Shown: one piece after another, positions 33,924 to 35,958 of the stretch
How positions within the stretch are numbered: the stretch's first letter is position 1
Layout of the letters: each line of letters opens with the position of its first letter
IMG/VR virus record: IMGVR_UViG_3300031949_000004
Span: 158,224 to 194,181 of that record
Strand: one strand, 5' to 3'
DNA length: 35,958 nucleotides
From: a virus
Notes under the pieces: model-generated
Seen by the model: only the letters and a program-made list of their open reading frames with translations
What the model was told of the DNA's origin: nothing
Database searches by the model: none
Translations under genes and position numbers: made by a program

Positions 33924-35123
33924 GTTCGTTCCTCCAGTTCGCACAGTTCACTGACAGCGCCTACAGTCTACACAAATCCGAATAAGCTGGCCAGAAAAAA
34001 CGCGGAAAATACCTGAACGTGTTATCAGTGTCGATAACCGGCACCCCGAGCCCACACCACCGCACCGAGAGCCCCCCAATACCGCGCCCGAGCACGCTTC
34101 TCACCGCAGCCGCACGGCATAAAATCGGAAACCCCTCGACATCGTTCAACAAACCACCACCAAACATTCAAACACCCTCCGACAGTAATCGCCGCTACAA
34201 TCCACAACCTAGCGACATCGCACAGGAATCCAGCACATTCTACCACGAAACCGCGTCATTCATCTTACGACGCAGCAGCGTTACGCGTGTAAGTAATTGA
34301 CGGCAATAGTGTTTTAGCAAGAAGGGCGGTTTTCTGCAACGTCCCATCGCCATCAACCCACTGCATTATACTGGCAGGAAAAACCACTAATAATTAATTC
34401 CCAAGCAATATCATCAACTTCTACTCCACCTCTCAACCAGTTTCGAGACCATAATCCCGCCGCACCGTCACATTTGTAACAACCCGGTACGTTACGAGTG
34501 TACCAAACCTCCCAATCTTTTCCTGACCGATTTAATACATGGTTGCCTACATTTCCGTCACACTTCACCACATGCCCCCACCTTTTGCCAATTTGGCAAT
34601 TTGTGACGCAACACAAACGCCGTTTGGCACAACCACCCACCTAGCAATTCCCACTACTTATACCATCGTATGACAAAAATTGTCATTGATGTGTGACGGC
34701 AAAACTGACAGACCACGCTGACTCACTAAATCAGGACATCTCCACTCCTTTTCCTACACCACCACACATCTCCCACCCCGACTTTGACACTCCCGCGTCG
34801 AAACCGGACAGAAATGTCGCGAAAATCGCGTCAATTCGCAAACTGAAAATGACTACATGAACCTACTTCACAAATGTTCAGTGACTACTCCTACATGTCG
34901 CACTACCCTCCGGCCTCCCTTGAACCTATCCCACTCAACCCGTTAACCTCCCACTAACTCCCACTCACTACTACACAAGCCTACTCCTACATCCGCTGTC
35001 CCATGCTACACTATCCCACTTACACCCTTACCCCCAGCCCTCCCCCCTCCTCCCCGCCACCCGCCCAACCCAGCGCGCCATCCCCCAGCCTCCGGCCCAG
35101 GCCACGCCCCACGGTCCCCCCGC

Positions 35124-35175
35124 CAACCGCCAACCGCAAACCACCAACCGCAAACCACCAACCGCAAAACTCCAC
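35124..35175. repeat. 3.5 tandem copies of a 14-bp unit CAACCGCAAACCAC in a G-depleted region
   Basis: CAACCGC|CAACCGCAAACCAC|CAACCGCAAACCAC|CAACCGCAAAACTCCAC. Confidence 0.7.
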
Positions 35176-35958
35176 CATCCCAACCCCACCAGCCTTCCCC
35201 CGGACCATTGCACCCCAAAACCCAAACCATTCCAGCCCAGCTCATTCCAGCAGGCAACCTCCAGCCGGCCACCTTCAACGAGACGCCTGCAACCAGCAGC
35301 CCCGCAACTGCACATAACCACTGCGCTTTATCCGCCACAGCCCGGCGCTCCTCCCCCGCCTCGCTCCCCACCGGCCGGGCCTTGGATCCCGGAGCACGAC
35401 AAGCGGGCTCCGGCCCCCTCGAAACACCGCACCCAAGCCGCCTGGCTGGCCCCTGGACGCCCGCCAGCCGGCTCGGGCTGCCCAGATAGCCTGTCCATGG
35501 ATAGGGCCTCTGGGCTCGCGGATAGCGCGCGAGCTGTCTGAAATCGTTGATCTGGGGGGTGGCCGGCGTAGAATACCCTCGCAATGGCCGGAAAAACCGC
35601 ATGGACAGCGTATCGGGATGTAGGCAAATGTGCCGAATCCCGAGATGCGCACCTACGGTTCGGACGGGCTGACGAAACAATGGGGACCGGGAAAAAGTCG
35701 AACGGGCAGCAAAGTGCTGATTTCGCTCGGGTTCTCGGCCGGAGGACGGTCCAAGCCTCCGAAACCGTGATTCGCGACTTCGCGATCATAGCGTTTTCCC
35801 CATCATTTACACGTCAGTCTTTGTCCCACATCGCGCAAGCGACCGTTACCATTAGCGTTTTCTAAAGAAGGACGGTTCCCGTTCTTCAAGAGGGAAAACG
35901 CGGGGGATGACGCAGGTCCGTCTTTTGTCGCTTTTTTCTCTCTTCCTATACCCATGGG

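Noticed and set aside
35600-35660. Possible tRNA 3' end (..GCCGAATCCCGAGATGCGCACC..)
   Set aside because: It resembles a T-loop/acceptor end superficially, but no full cloverleaf (D-arm, anticodon arm) can be drawn. Not called.
35003-35680. Pro-rich (plus strand) and Gly/Trp-rich (minus strand) ORFs in the right-flank region
   Set aside because: Both are by-products of the extreme C- and G-strand bias. They are low-complexity, with no ribosome-binding site and no upstream gene context.
1-35958. CRISPR array, rRNA and insertion sequences
   Set aside because: There are no regularly spaced direct repeats. There is no rRNA-like conserved stretch. There is no transposase-like ORF. The IS3-OrfA-like helix-turn-helix at 29928-30137 has no OrfB partner.

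Overview
This 35.9-kb window is high-GC (about 60%) and densely packed with short, tightly spaced genes, mostly translationally coupled through ATGA or GTGA overlaps. Almost none of the proteins are recognisable by eye. The organisation looks like a phage, prophage or other mobile-element accessory or early region from a high-GC bacterium; ribosome-binding sites are of the GGAGG type. A rightward block of at least 42 genes spans 1-21713 and a leftward block of at least 25 genes spans 22553-33923. They converge on a recombinational scar at 21687-23150 that includes an AT-rich insert of about 650 bp. The right flank (33960-35958) is about 2 kb with no convincing genes, a strongly G-depleted top strand and short tandem repeats. 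I found no rRNA, tRNA, CRISPR array, integrase, terminase, portal or clear capsid gene. Recognisable elements are:
- a nucleotidyltransferase-fold protein (3206-3787);
- a small HExxH protein (15224-15586);
- two Ser/Thr/Gly/Asn-rich beta-type proteins, fibre- or structural-like (7722-8387, 8395-9603);
- a three-unit tandem array of a two-gene cassette with decayed copies (6264-8387);
- a classic-clade AAA+ ATPase with a novel 350-aa N-terminal region (27818-29566) in an operon with three small unknown genes;
- a GHKL-type ATPase with a C-terminal HExxH motif (31043-32542) heading four overlapping genes;
- several helix-turn-helix, ribbon-helix-helix and zinc-ribbon small proteins.
A conserved element of about 20 bp (TTGTCAACCGGATAAGCATG) sits 25-28 nt upstream of five leftward genes, in both orientations. 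The two ATPase operons and this shared regulatory element are the best candidates for an undescribed system. All functional calls are motif-level inferences that need homology or structure searches.
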